From Haliotis cracherodii (lineage: Eukaryota): DNA of 64,000 nt. Of this stretch, positions 38,970-51,912 are shown one piece after another. Both the position numbers and the translations under genes were made by a program. The notes beneath the pieces are model-generated. The model saw only the letters and a list, made by a program, of their open reading frames with translations. It did not search any database and was not told the origin of the DNA. The stretch is from assembly GCF_022045235.1 (NCBI RefSeq), contig NW_027266265.1, forward strand, positions 26,784,001 to 26,848,000. Reading direction: 5' to 3'. The stretch's first letter is position 1. Every line of letters starts with the position of its first letter.

Positions 38970-40370
38970 TCACTGAGTGAACAGGTCTGGAATGAGGTTC
39001 CAGTCGCTCGAGTCTTGGAAGTGACGGGACTCCCAGTCTGCTAGGGTGTTTTCTATCCCAGGAATATAAACAGCTGAGTTTCTAGACAAAAGTCCCATAG
39101 TTCCTTGGTGATCTGAATCAGCGTCCCTCCCAAGCGGTTCACATAAGCAATAGCCGTTGGGCTGTTCACCTGAGCCCAAATAGATTTGTTGTAGCTGGCT
39201 CTGCCAAATGATAGAAGAGGCAGGTGAATAGCTTTGAGCTCCATGGCATTTATGTGCAATTTGTTCTTCTCCAGAGACCAGAGGCCGCCCGTCGACATTT
39301 GCCAAGATATCGCGACCTAGTTGTGACGCATCTGTTTGTAAAATCAGGCCTGGGTGTGCTGCCATCCATGGCTTGTAGTTGAGGTTTGATAGGTTGTTCA
39401 CCCACCACTTTAGTTCTTTCAAACAATCCTGAGAGAGAGAAATCTTCGTCTTGTAACTGTGGTGACAGAGAAGCTCCTTGTCTGCATGCATTTGAAGGTA
39501 TCTGCAGTGGAACTGAGCTGGATTAATGGCTGCCATAGATGCGGACATTTCTCAGATGAGACTTGCCAGATTTTCTGATCTTTACATTCTCATTAAGCGA
39601 CAACAGGGTGCAAGGATATTGTCTACCTTCTCCTGGGAAAGAATAAATTTCAAATCCCTGAAGCTGATCTGAAACCCTGGGAAAGCTATGGACTGAGTCA
39701 GAGTCAAAACTGAGAATGGACTACAGGGTGTCTCTGTGTTGGTTCAGAAGATTGGTTGATTCTGACAGACAAATGATGATGTCATCCAGATACGGATACT
39801 CACTCGCCGTACAAGACTGACTACTGGTCTTTGTAGTTTCGAAAACGCTTGATGGGCGGGGGCAAGTCCGAATGGCAGGCACCGATATTGGTAAAGGGCA
39901 CCCTCCAAGTGAAAGAAGAGGACCTTCTTCTGGTGTGAGGCTATTGGCAAGTTTGCACATGTAATCTCCTTGGCGAATCAAATATACAGGAGGTGCAAGC
40001 CTTCCATCTTGAAGTGCTTGTACGGGATACAAGCATTAGGGCTTTCAGGTTTATGGTAGGTCTGTGACCGCCTTCTTTCTTTGACACCACGAACATTGGG
40101 CTTAGAAACTTGCCTTGTTCTGGTGGAAGACCAGGAGCCCTTTCTATGACTTTCTTTGTGAGCATCTTTGGAATATCCTTGCTCAGTGCAAGTTGCTCTG
40201 AATGAGGACTGGTATAGAGACAGCAGGTGCAATTCGAATCCCTTTCCTGTCTGTAGTATCCAAGGGTCCAGAGTAACTATTTCCGAATATTTGAGAAAGT
40301 CTCCCTCCCATCACAGCTCCTGGTGGAGTACTTATATCAAGGTTTAGTTTTAGAATTTCCGGCAAAACCA
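38970..40370 (-). mobile_element. DIRS-like retrotransposon RT/RNase H remnant (frameshifted)
   Basis: FLSPMFVVSKKEGGHRPTINLKALN, HFKMEG, YQYRCLPFGLA, YLDDIII, LQTDASQLG, HINAMELKAI, YIPGIENTLADWESR, DWNL. Confidence 0.88.
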
Positions 40371-41815
40371 GGAGTTCCAGTGATAACCGGAGAAAGGAGA
40401 CGCTTTTATTTTGAAACAGTTCGATATGTGAATCAAAATTTGAGTCAGAATCGCTACTAGAGCTGGAAGAGCTATCAGATATACCTAGTGACTGGTATAT
40501 ATCAGATTCCGACGCTATAATTGTATATTTTCAAACACGCTTGTACCGCCCCTCATCCTGTTTGGTATTCGATTGTCTAAATTCCGGGTGATCGGTCACA
40601 TTCAAGTCCGGACCGTCTACGTAGTCATTCGACCTGATAACATTATCCGACTGGTGTTCGTCTACGGGAGCATTTTTCTGATTTGCAAAGCCCCTGTATC
40701 TTCCATAGACAGTTTGGTGTTCATAAAGAATAAGCAACTTGCCGAAAGGGCTACGTACGCCATAATGAAGAAAGGTCGTCGTGCTCTGTCGTGGCGAGAT
40801 TGTGTCCACTTATAAAATGGCCTACTGCCGGTTTTCATGATTAGGATGCCAATATCACATCTACTACATTTTATTAAGTTAAATTGCAGATAATAACATA
40901 ATTAAACGAAAAACAACAAAGCGTTCCTCATATTTGACACAAGACATAAAAAAAATAAAAACTTAAAGAATTACGATATATCATAATACGATAATCAGGA
41001 GTACACGCGACATCAATAATTTGTAAATCTAAAATTCATTAGATCTCCTATTCATTGCAGAATGTTGGAAATGTGAAACCTAGCGTGTGATGATATATTC
41101 AAATTTTCTGAGGTGATACATAATGAGGATTTGATTAAGAAGTGACTTTTACTTTCTGTGAGTTCTTATATTTTTATGTCACTTTTGTACCGCAAAGGAC
41201 GTAGACCTTGATCTATACACAATTATATTTAGTACGTGTGACTTCATGTTTACACTGACAGCAATACAACAGCTGTATCGCGGAATAAAAGAGTTCCTCA
41301 AAACGAGACAGCTCATCATGCTAAATGGGAACAACTTTTGTAGTCTCAAATAATATCCTCATTAGATGGGAAAGGTCTGTTCAGAACTACCTCAGTAGGT
41401 CAGTCACAATGACAGCGCGTCGTAATACATTTACATAAGTCCAAGACGTCAAAATGGCCGACACGATAAACGTAAGGGGAGAGATTTCCGACGTTTTTAA
41501 TGAACCCGTGGCCATTACATGTGCTCGTCCACTGATCAATTGGCCGATCACTGAAAGGTGATTTTAGAGATGTGTCAAATAGATACTCAGGTACATTCAT
41601 ATACTGCTGTAGTCTAGACACGGATCGAGTCGTTACTACGGTAGTTTCAATGTGCGTTTCTGCTAAAACGTTAAGTTCAAGACAAAAGGGTCTAAATGAT
41701 GAGAAACAACGCATCTGTATTTATTCGTGCAAGGAAATTCCCAGGGGTTCCCCCAAGAATGTGGAAATAGTCCGTCATTGGTTACGTCATTTCAAGACTG
41801 ACCTCTCGTCCAGTG

Positions 41816-41980
41816 AGTGAGTGAGTGAGTATGGTTTTACGCCGCTTTTAGCAATATTCCAGCAATATCACGGCGGGGGACACCAGAAATTGGCTTCACA
41901 CATTGTACCCATGTTGGGAATCGAACTCGGGTCATCGGCCTGACAAGCGAACGCTTTAACCACTAGGCTACCCGACCGCC
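41816..41980 (-). mobile_element. tRNA-derived SINE (family A) with 14-bp TSD
   Basis: cctctcgtccagtg at 41802-41815 and 41981-41994. Confidence 0.93.
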
Positions 41981-42011
41981 CCTCTCGTCCAGTGGAAAAG
42001 CCTTGTTTAAA

Positions 42012-42870
42012 GAGAATACTGCACTCATTCTCGTTAGATAATATAGAAAGTTCATGAGTTTCGTAAAAATGGTATCTGACGAGAATTAGTGTGGTATTTT
42101 ATTTATTACCCATGTCAAAATATGTATTTAAGTGTAAATACATAAAAACTTTCTTTCGTTGACAGATCAAAATGAAACCGGTTGCAAATCTGGTTGTGCA
42201 TGAATATTGATATATTTCCAAAAATGGTCATTGTTGACATTTCTATGCATACGTATAAACAATATGTTCCTGCTGTTGTGTGTGCAAACATGACAGCTTC
42301 AACGCTCAAGATCTTATTTTAAGAATGTACTCAACTTATGGTAATTCAAGCGCATTGTTGTAACTTGTTTGTACGCACAACACCTATAAGCAAATCTGAA
42401 GAGTCAATCAGCGCCGCGCTTTGAATATCGGACAAACAGTCGGTCACTCGCACCGCCGGAGTTCCCGACTGTGCAATATAAATTTTGCGGTTTCCTTGAT
42501 CTATCAGCTGAAATTATATCCTGTTCGTACCATTTTGGAAGAGGGAAATTAGAGTACTCGCCAAAGACATTCATGTTAACTGTACGACCCGATACTGAAT
42601 ATGTTAAAATCAACAAACTCTGAAAGTCTGCTTGCATGTCTGTGACAGCATCGAACGAAGGGCAAGGTCACCATCGGAATAAGAAAAGGCAACCGCAATC
42701 AAAACGAATGAAACGAGGTCAACCTTGTACGACGCACGTGTGACGTACGGATTTAGTATCTTACCACCTGTATCTTAACCACATGGGTAATAGATAGAGA
42801 ATACTACACTCGTTTTCGTTAGATACCATTTTTACGAAACGAGTGGATATATGTGGTATCTGACCGAGCG
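42012..42870. mobile_element. Non-autonomous element with ~60-bp, partly palindromic inverted repeats
   Basis: 42057-42115 (gtttcgtaaaaatggtatctgacgag...ttattacccatgt) is the imperfect reverse complement of 42781-42840. Confidence 0.65.
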
Positions 42871-42913
42871 AAATAAACGAATAAAACGGCTATAGAACTA
42901 TACCTCCGCTAGA

Positions 42914-43380
42914 GACCCGTATAGATCCGGGGTCGAATATGTCTTCGACAACCCGTGCTTGCCGTAAAAGGCGACTACGCTTGTCGTAAGAGACGTACGG
43001 GGTAGGATAGGTCTTCAGCAACCCATGATTGCCCTAATAGGCGACTGTGCTTGTCGTAAGAGGCGACTAACGGGATCATGTGGTCAGCCTCGCTGACTTG
43101 GTTGATGCATGTCATCGGTCCCAATTGCGGATATATAGCTGAAATATTGCTGAGTGCAGCGTTAGACAACCAACCAAACAAACAACGTAAGAGGTGACGA
43201 ACGGGATCGGGTTGTCGCGATCGGGTTATCAGGATCGCTGTCTTAAAATTGGTTGATGTATGTCATCGATCCAAGCGTAGATCGATGTTCATGATGTCAA
43301 TCACTGGATTGTCTGGTCCAGACTCGATTATTTACAGACCGCCGTCATATAGCTGGAATACTGCTGAGTGCGGCGTTAAA
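42914..43380 (+). mobile_element. Tandem/rearranged family B elements
   Basis: gacccgt head duplicated, cttgtcgtaagaggcgactaacggg, two 3' tails ending gcgtta. Confidence 0.85.
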
Positions 43381-44584
43381 TAGAGAATCTCACCCGAGTG
43401 TCTTTTAATATTAAATATGTTATAGTGCAAACCATTTCAATACTTTTATCTAAAATTGTGCAAACCATTTCAATAAATATATCAACACAAGTTGTGATGC
43501 AATTTCATTGCAGCGATATCTACAGTGTAGATATATAGAATACTGAACGAGTTCCCGTGTAATACCAAGTTTATGAAACGGGTGAATAGTTCTGGTATCT
43601 GATAAGCACGCATATTAGTATTACACCATGACATTATGTGTAATACAGCTGTATGCTTATTCAACGGGTGATCTCTTCACGGGCAAGTAATAAATCGCTT
43701 GATCTCAACCACGCGACATCTCCTGTCGGAGCCAGTTTGGGATGATAAACAACAAACAAACAAACAAACAAACCCCCGCTAGACTGCTGAAGCCAGCATG
43801 GTCGTTTATAGTTTTACGACGTTATCTCCCTTGACATAGTGTCACGCACACTCGCAGTCAGTAGCAGGTCGCAACGTGGCGAAGCTCGCCACTGTTATTG
43901 ACTCCAGGTTCCCATGATTTGAAATTGAAGTTCAAGAACGATGTGTGTGTTTCGGCTCGAAACTTCCTGGGAACATTGTTGACAACAATTATGGTTACTG
44001 CTCAAACCAGATGTGGCTCCAGCCTTTTTGCGAAGTGATAAGTGGCAGGCAGGTCAGCATGCAACAGGAGAACATTCCACGAGCGACATTAATTGTTGTG
44101 GCTTGTCATGTCATTGCAGAATGCAAAGAAGTAAAATAATTGTGGACGGAGGGCAAATGACGGGATTCCTAGTAGGCACACTGGCCGCCATATTGGGAAT
44201 CCCGTCACGGTGACGGGTTGACCACTCATAACCAAGTGAATGTAGTTTCAACTGTACACATTCCAGTTATAAGCAATTGAATTGGGATGAATTGAAAATG
44301 TGGTTACATATAATATGTCCGACAAAATACTATATAATCCAATAATGGACTTCCACAAAACACGTATAGGGCAAATACTTATATGATACGCTAAGGAAAC
44401 AACACATTTAATCATATATACTTGTAACAGGTAGATACTACGTACAATCTGGCTTTTTTATTCCAAATACATACGTATAAATATCGTAGTTCTGACACCC
44501 CCGCAAGAGTCGACTCGCCCGCCTCGCTATATTGTACGTCAGTCAGTGCTTTGGTACAGTAGGGTGTCGTAGCTAACTTTCAAA

Positions 44585-44801
44585 ATGGGGAAGAAAAACG
44601 ATGAAAACCTTGAAAACAATCCTGAATTAACCGCTCCTTTGAATGCAGATTCCATGGAGAGCCCTGCGATCATTACAGAGGGCGACCCCCCACGAGCTGC
44701 CTGGGATAGCAAGATTCAGTATTTTTTCATGGTTATCAGCTATGCCGTAGGACTTGGGAATGTGTGGAGATTTCCATATTTGACCCAAAAGCATGGAGGA
44801 G
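44585..44801 (+). CDS. SLC6-family Na+-dependent transporter (neutral amino acid, B0AT/SLC6A15-20-like), coding exon 1
   Basis: RAAWDSKIQY...SYAVGLGNVWRFPYL..KHGGG TM1 signature; g|gtaag donor, phase 1. Confidence 0.95.
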
Positions 44802-45811
44802 GTAAGATATTATTTTTCCCTTTTATATAATGACCGTAAACATGAGTTAGAATTCCAGGTCGTTCTGACTTACACCCGGCCACGTGGTTGCAATACTTTC
44901 TGACCTGACAACAAGCATCAGTGGTGATGATGCAAGTGTGCACCAGACTCCAGTACATCCGCGTAAACGCGCCAAGTGAACATCCTTGAAACTGACAAGC
45001 TCACGTGCCACCGTCATCATGTTGCGTGTCTTGCTATTCACGTGCGAATATGCACGTGTTTATTTATTTGTTGGTTGTGCGTTCCTGGTAAGCTATGCTT
45101 GTGGCGTTACGAATGACCGCCACACAACTCGCGGGGCGACTGTCACGGAAGGATACACGCAGTGGTCACAACATGGGAAATTTCGCGGCAAGTTGATGGA
45201 AGGGAGTTGAGGGGGAATGAGGATATTGTCCTCAATATTTAGGTCAGCTCCGTGGAAAGTTTAATTGTTAACAGTTGACAGGTGCGACAGAACTCGTTAG
45301 AAAACGGCGATGTGTATCACAGTACTGAACATGTCTTCTATGTATTTACGCAACATAATCAAAAACGTATTGTGTATTGAACAAAAATACATATTTGTTC
45401 CGAGGTTGTATTTCGGTGTATTTTTCTGAACAAGTGGGAAAATGCAGTTAGTCAGTCAGTGAGTGAGTTTGTTTTTACGCTATATTATAAAAGCCATATT
45501 TCGGCAGCGTCTGTTCATTACACATGATGATTTTGTTTTGAAAATATTTACGGGGAAATATGTGAATATTGATTTGAACTACCACAGTTATGTATGTTGA
45601 AACACATAGTTTTGCCGCAGGTTTTACAAATAAAAATGGTTGTCCACTGGACATAATTGATGTTCTGTCAAATATTTTGTGAAATATGGGCTCTTCGTCC
45701 CTTAAATGGGCTCACAGAAACAAACTGATTTTCTTGATGCATGGAGCGAAAAGAATATTTGAACAACACACAGAATGTTTTCTTTTATTAATAATCACAG
45801 TTTTATTATAC

Positions 45812-45985
45812 CCAGTGAAAATCTCAGTTAGAATTGGTCTTCAGCAAAAACCATGCTTGTTGTAAGAGGTGACTAACCAGATTGGGTAGTCAGACTGACT
45901 GACTTGGTTGATGCATGTCATCAAATTCCCAACTGGGTAGATTGATGCGCATGATGTCAATCACTGCATTGTCTAGTTCCAACTC
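45812..45985 (+). mobile_element. Family B element, diverged
   Basis: gtcttcagc...ccatgcttgttgtaagaggtgactaac. Confidence 0.75.
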
Positions 45986-46493
45986 TACTAAGGGGGATGA
46001 TTTTCCAAGTCGTGTAAGGCACTGTAATTCGTTGTGCAGACTTCCGTCCCTTGGGCGCGCCAGAAACCTATGATATGGGTTTGAATCCCAGTTCACCCCA
46101 ATTATGTTTCTAGGTTTATCAGCACCATACTCATCCTCAAGGATTTGACCAAAGTGGTAAACGTCTGAGACCTGTATGACTTCGGGCTTTCCTCCTACAT
46201 TAAGCTGACATGGCGGGATATAACTGGAATACTGTTCAAAACAGCATTAAACCCAACTTACTTTCTCAGACTCTATTATTTAAAGGCCGCTGCAATAAAG
46301 CTGTAGTATTGCTGAGTGCGGTGTTAAAACAACAAACAAAATTAGTTTTAGTAAAAGCTACCAATCCTGTAAAAGGAATATAAAAGGATTATTGATGTTA
46401 GAAGTTTCAAATATGTTCAGGCATCCTGAACAGCATTTAAGTTCATAAGTTGCAGTCATTGTTTTTACTAAGAAATACATGCCAAACTTCACT

Positions 46494-48904
46494 GACAGTA
46501 GTAGGGGTAGCCTAGTGTGTCATCCCCTTGTTGACGGCTGGGGCAGACAGTAGTAGGAGTAGCCTAGTGTGTCATCCCCCTTGTTGACTGCAGGGGCAGA
46601 CAGTAGTAGGAGTAGCCTAGTGTGTCATCCCCCTTGTTGACAGCTGGGGCAGACAGTAGTAGGAGTAGCCTCGTGTGTCATCCCCCTTGTTGACTGCAGG
46701 GGCAGACAGTAGTAGGAGTAGCCTAGTGTGTCATCCCCCTTGTTGACTGCAGGGGCAGACAGTAGTAGGAGTAGCCTAGTGTGTCATCCCCCTTGTTGAC
46801 TGCAGGGGCAGACAGTAGTAGGAGTAGCCTAGTGTGTCATCCCCCTTGTTGACGGCAGGGGCAGACAGTAGTAGGAGTAGCCTAGTGTGTCATCCCCCTT
46901 GTTGACGGCTGGGGCAGACAGTAGTAGGAGTAGCCTCGTGTGTCATCCCCCTTGTTGACTGCAGGGGCAGACAGTAGTAGGAGTAGCCTAGTGTGTCATC
47001 CCCCTTGTTGACTGCAGGGGCAGACAGTAGTAGGAGTAGCCTAGTTTGTCATCACCCTTGTTGACTGCAGGGGCAGACAGTAGTAGGGGTAGCCTAGTGT
47101 GTCATCCCCCTTGTTGACGGCTGGGGCAGACAGTAGTAGGAGTAGCCTCGTGTGTCATCCCCCTTGTTGACGGCTGGGGCAGACAGTGGTAGGGGTAGCC
47201 TCGTGTGTCATCCCCCTTGTTGACTGCAGGGGCAGACAGTAGTAGGGGTAGCCTAGTGTGTCATCCCCCTTGTTGACGGCTGGGGCAGACAGTAGTAGGA
47301 GTAGCCTCGTGTGTCATCCCCCTTGTTGACGGCTGGGGCAGACAGTGGTAGGGGTAGCCTCGTGTGTCATCCCCCTTGTTGACGACTGGGGCAGACAGTG
47401 GTAGGGGTAGCCTCGTGTGTCATCCCCCTTGTTGACGGCAGGGGCAGACAGTGGTAGGGGTAGCCTCATGTGTCATCCCCCTTGTTGACTGCTCGGTCAG
47501 ACAGTAGTAGGAGTAGCCTAGTGTGTCATCCCCCTTGTTGACTGCAGGGGCAGACAGTAGTAGGAGTGGCCTAGTCTGTCATTCCCCTTGTTGACTGCAG
47601 GGGCAGACAGTAGTAGGGGTAGCCTAGTGTGTCTTCCCCCTTGTTGACTGCAGTGGGAGACAGTAGTAGGGGTAGCCTAGTGTGTCATCCCCCTTGTTGA
47701 CGACTGGGGCAGACAGTAGTAGGGGTAGCCTAGTGTGTCTTCCCCCTTGTTGACTGCTCGGGCAGACAGTAGTAGGAGTAGCCTAGTGTGTCATTCCCCT
47801 TGTTGACTGCTCGGGCAGACAGTTGTAGGAGTAGCCTCGTGTGTCATCCCCCTTGTTGACAGCTGGGGCAGACAGTGGTAGGGGTAGCCTCGTGTGTCAT
47901 CCCCCTTGTTGACGACTGGGGCAGACAGTGGTAGGGGTAGCCTCGTGTGTCATCCCCCTTGTTGACGGCAGGGGCAGACAGTGGTAGGGGTAGCCTCATG
48001 TGTCATCCCCCTTGTTGACTGCTCGGTCAGACAGTAGTAGGAGTAGCCTAGTGTGTCATCCCCCTTGTTGACGGCAGGGGCAGACAGTAGTAGGAGTGGC
48101 CTAGTCTGTCATTCCCCTTGTTGACTGCAGGGGCAGACAGTAGTAGGGGTAGCCTAGTGTGTCTTCCCCCTTGTTGACTGCAGGGGGAGACAGTAGTAGG
48201 GGTAGCCTAGTGTGTCATCCCCCTTGTTGACGACTGGGGCAGACAGTAGTAGGGGTAGCCTAGTGTGTCTTCCCCCTTGTTGACTGCAGGGGGAGACAGT
48301 AGTAGGGGTAGCCTAGTGTGTCATCCCCCTTGTTGACGGCAGGGGCAGACAGTAGTAGGGGTAGCCTAGTGTGTCTTCCCCCTTGTTGACTGCAGGGGGA
48401 GACAGTAGTAGGGGTAGCCTAGTGTGTCATCCCCCTTGTTGACGACTGGGGCAGACAGTAGTAGGGGTAGCCTAGTGTGTCTTCCCCCTTGTTGACTGCT
48501 CGGGCAGACAGTAGTAGGAGTAGCCTAGTGTGTCATTCCCCTTGTTGACTGCTCGGGCAGACAGTTGTAGGAGTAGCCTAGTGTGTCATCCCCCTTGTTG
48601 ACAGCTGGGGCAGACAGTAGTAGGAGTAGCCTAGTCTGTCATTCCCCTTGTTGACAGCTGGGGCAGACAGTAGTAGGAGTAGCCTAGTGTGTCATCCCCC
48701 TTGTTGACGGCTGGGGCAGACAGTAGTAGGAGTAGCCTCGTGTGTCATCCCCCTTGTTGACAGCTGGGGCAGACAGTAGTAGTAGTAGCCTAGTCTGTCA
48801 TTCCCCTTGTTGACAGCTGGGGCAGACAGTAGTAGGAGTAGCCTAGTGTGTCATCCCCCTTGTTGACGGCAGGGGCAGACAGTAGTAGGGGTAGCCTCGT
48901 GTGT
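46494..48904. repeat. Intronic minisatellite, 53-bp unit, ~45 copies, 530-bp higher-order block
   Basis: gacagtagtaggagtagcctagtgtgtcatcccccttgttgac repeats; gctcggtcag at 47491 and 48021. Confidence 0.97.
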
Positions 48905-48915
48905 CTAGTGAGGGA

Positions 48916-49575
48916 GACCGCCTCTGTGGCCTCGTGGTAGAGCGTCCGCCGGGATATTACCATCTTTACAAACAACAAGTAAAAGATGTTGTAAATGGTA
49001 CTTGTTATGACCCGTGAAGATCTCGGGTAGAATAGGTCTTCAGCAACCCATGCTTGCCGTAAAGATCCGGGGTAGAATAGGTCTTCAGCAACCCATGCTT
49101 GCCATGAAGATCCGGGGTAGAATAGGTCTTCAGCAACCCATGCTTGCTGTAGAAGGTGACTATGCTTGTCATCAGAGGCGACTCACTCATGGCTCCCAGA
49201 CTTGGTTGATACATGTCATCGTATCATAATTGCATGGATCGATGCTCATCATGTCAGTCACTGGATTGTCTGGTCCAGACTCAGTATTTTTCAGACTGCT
49301 GTGATATAGCTGGAATATTGTGAGTGCAGCGTTAAACAACAAACAAATAAAACTTGTTGTTTCCCTGTCTGGTGCTTGGCATTAAGGGCTATGAAACAAG
49401 GATAGGTCAGTATTCTGTGCCTAAGTAGGGTATTCATGTTAAACTGCGGCATGTTATCTCAGTAGACTAGCACTATGAAATTGGCATTAGTCTGGCCTAG
49501 TACAAGCAGACAGACACACATGCATATCTCTATATAGTGCAATAATCTTGAACGTGACATTAAACCCCATTCACC
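48916..49575 (+). mobile_element. SINE family C interrupted by a family B element
   Basis: Head gaccgcctctgtggcctcgtggtagagcgtccgcc; body resumes at 49352 and matches 6995-7155. Confidence 0.82.
49009..49351 (+). mobile_element. Family B element, full length, with triplicated 45-bp head
   Basis: acttgtt TSD at 49000-49006 and 49352-49358; (aaac)n tail. Confidence 0.88.
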
Positions 49576-50074
49576 CCGCCTCATAGTAAGCAAGTTAAGA
49601 TTTGATTTTACATTATTGTGTCACTCCTATAGCAATGATTGTTGGTATTCAAAACATATCCTAACGCAATTCTTTTTGAACTTTAAAAATCAGTGAATTG
49701 TGCAACACTATGGTTGCTGATTCACCTTGAAAAACCCAGTGACTTCAGTTGTGCACACCTGTCTAACATAATGTTTATGTGATAGCATGCATGTCAAACA
49801 ATGTGAGTGACATGTTATTTCAGCACTTGTGTTGTGGTGTAAAAGTTGGACACAGTAGTAGTAGAATGGTGTGAGGTGGAATTGTCGGGGGGTCCTTGTA
49901 TTTGCGTCATGTGATCTTAATGCGAATAGCCCGGAGTAATGCATGTTGAAGATGCTTACATGGCTATGGCAATGTCGAGGTCATAACCATGATGACTAGA
50001 ATTTAATCTTGGCGGATCAACACATAGTGCCCCACAAATGCCCCACTAATGCCCCCCAGTCTAAGGGCATTAAA

Positions 50075-50270
50075 TAATCAAGTCTGGACCAGACAGTGGG
50101 GGGATTGATATTATGAGCATCTATATATGGGATACGATGATGTGCATCAACCAAGTCAGCGAGCATGACCACCCAAGCCTGTTAGTCGCCTCTCAAAACA
50201 AGCATAGTCGCCTCTAATGACAAGCATGGGTTGCTAAAGACCTATTCTAGCCCAGATCTTCACAGGTCCC
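50075..50270 (-). mobile_element. Family B element
   Basis: ttagtcgcctc...aagcatgggttgctaaagacctattctagcccagatcttcac. Confidence 0.8.
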
Positions 50271-50444
50271 ATCATTGGTAGCTCACTACTGTATGGTTGG
50301 ATTTGTTCAGGCTTGAGTCTTCATTTTGATAAATTCACATTGGGATTCTAAGGAAGATAAGATCCCCAGTTCCCAATTCTTGTCTTAAGCATTGTCAAGG
50401 ATGTCTGTGGTATGATTTTGTCATCATGGCGTATATATATGCTG

Positions 50445-51420
50445 GTGACCTATTCGTCATGAGGTTCTGGTGACATATTCTTCCCCACATTCTCCAGGGA
50501 GACAGTCATGAGGTAATGCTGACCTATTCTTCCCAACAATCTCCAGGGAGACAGTCATGAGGTACTGCTGACCTATTCTTCCCCACATTCTCCAGGGAGA
50601 CAGTCATGAGGTAATGCTGACCTATTCTTCCCTACAATCTCCAGGGAGACAGTCATGAGGTTCTGGTGACATATTCTTCCCCACATTCTCCAGGGAGACA
50701 GTCATGAGGTACTGGTGACCTATTCTTCCTCACAATCTCCAGGGAGACAGTCATGAGGTACTGGTGACCTATTCTTCCTCACAATCTCCAGGGAGACAGT
50801 CATGAGTACTGCTGACCTTTTCTTCCTCACAATCTCCAGGGAGACAGTCATGAGGTACTGGTGACCTATTTTTTCCCACAATCTCCAGGGAGACAGTCAT
50901 GAGGTACTGGTGACGTATTCTTCCTCACAATCTCCAGGGAGACAGTCATGAGGTACTGGTGACGTATTCTTCCCAACAATCTCCAGGGAGACAGTCATGA
51001 GGTACTGATGACGTATTCTTCCCAACAATCTCCAGGGAGACAGTCATGAGGTACTGGTGACGTATTCTTCCTCACAATCTCCAGGGAGACAGTCATGAGG
51101 TAATGCTGACCTATTCTTCCTCACAATCTCCAGGGAGACAGTCATGAGGTAATGCTGACCTATTCTTCCTCACAATCTCCAGGGAGACAGTCATGAGGTA
51201 ATGCTGACCTATTCTTCCTCACAATCTCCAGGGAGACAGTCATGAGGTACCTTTGACCTATTCTTCCTCACAATCTCCAGGGAGACAGTCATGAGGTAAT
51301 GCTGACCTATTCTTCCTCACAATCTCCAGGGAGACAGTCATGAGGTGCTGCTGACCTATTCTTCCCTACAATCTCCTGGGAGACAGTCATGAGGTACTGC
51401 TGACCTATTCTTCATCACAA
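50445..51420. repeat. Intronic minisatellite, 49-bp unit
   Basis: ctccagggagacagtcatgagg at 50541, 50590... Confidence 0.96.
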
Positions 51421-51495
51421 TTTCAATAATCAGTAATCAGGATTGTTGGCGTGTATTTAGAAATCGTCTTAAATATCTCTAGACATGGTGGCTAT

Positions 51496-51912
51496 TAGGG
51501 CTGGGATGAGTCCAAATTTACTACCAGGGCTCCCACCCCCTATTACCCAATACACTTCAGGTTCCTACTGTAGGTCTCAAGAGATACAAAATGTCCGATT
51601 GGGAATTATTTTTTTTTATCACAGCACTTGCAAAACGTATTTAGATACATCTATTGAATGATCTGGTCATGCATACACTGAGGTTGACTTAAGTTATATG
51701 TTTATTCAACCATATGAAAAGTCAGAAGGAATGGTAGCATAGTCAAAAAGAAATGCGAACATTAGTGACTTGTAGTGTAACCATAGTGTTCTAGATCATT
51801 TTTGCCATTAAACAATATATGACTAACCACAGGTCCGGGTAGTCCGGTGGGTACCCAGGTCCTACTCAGTACCCACCCGACCCGGGTACCCGAGTTACCC
51901 GTCCCAGCCCTA
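51496..51912. mobile_element. hAT-type MITE
   Basis: TIR tagggctggga / tcccagcccta; perfect 8-bp TSD gtggctat (51488-51495, 51913-51920). Confidence 0.9.
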
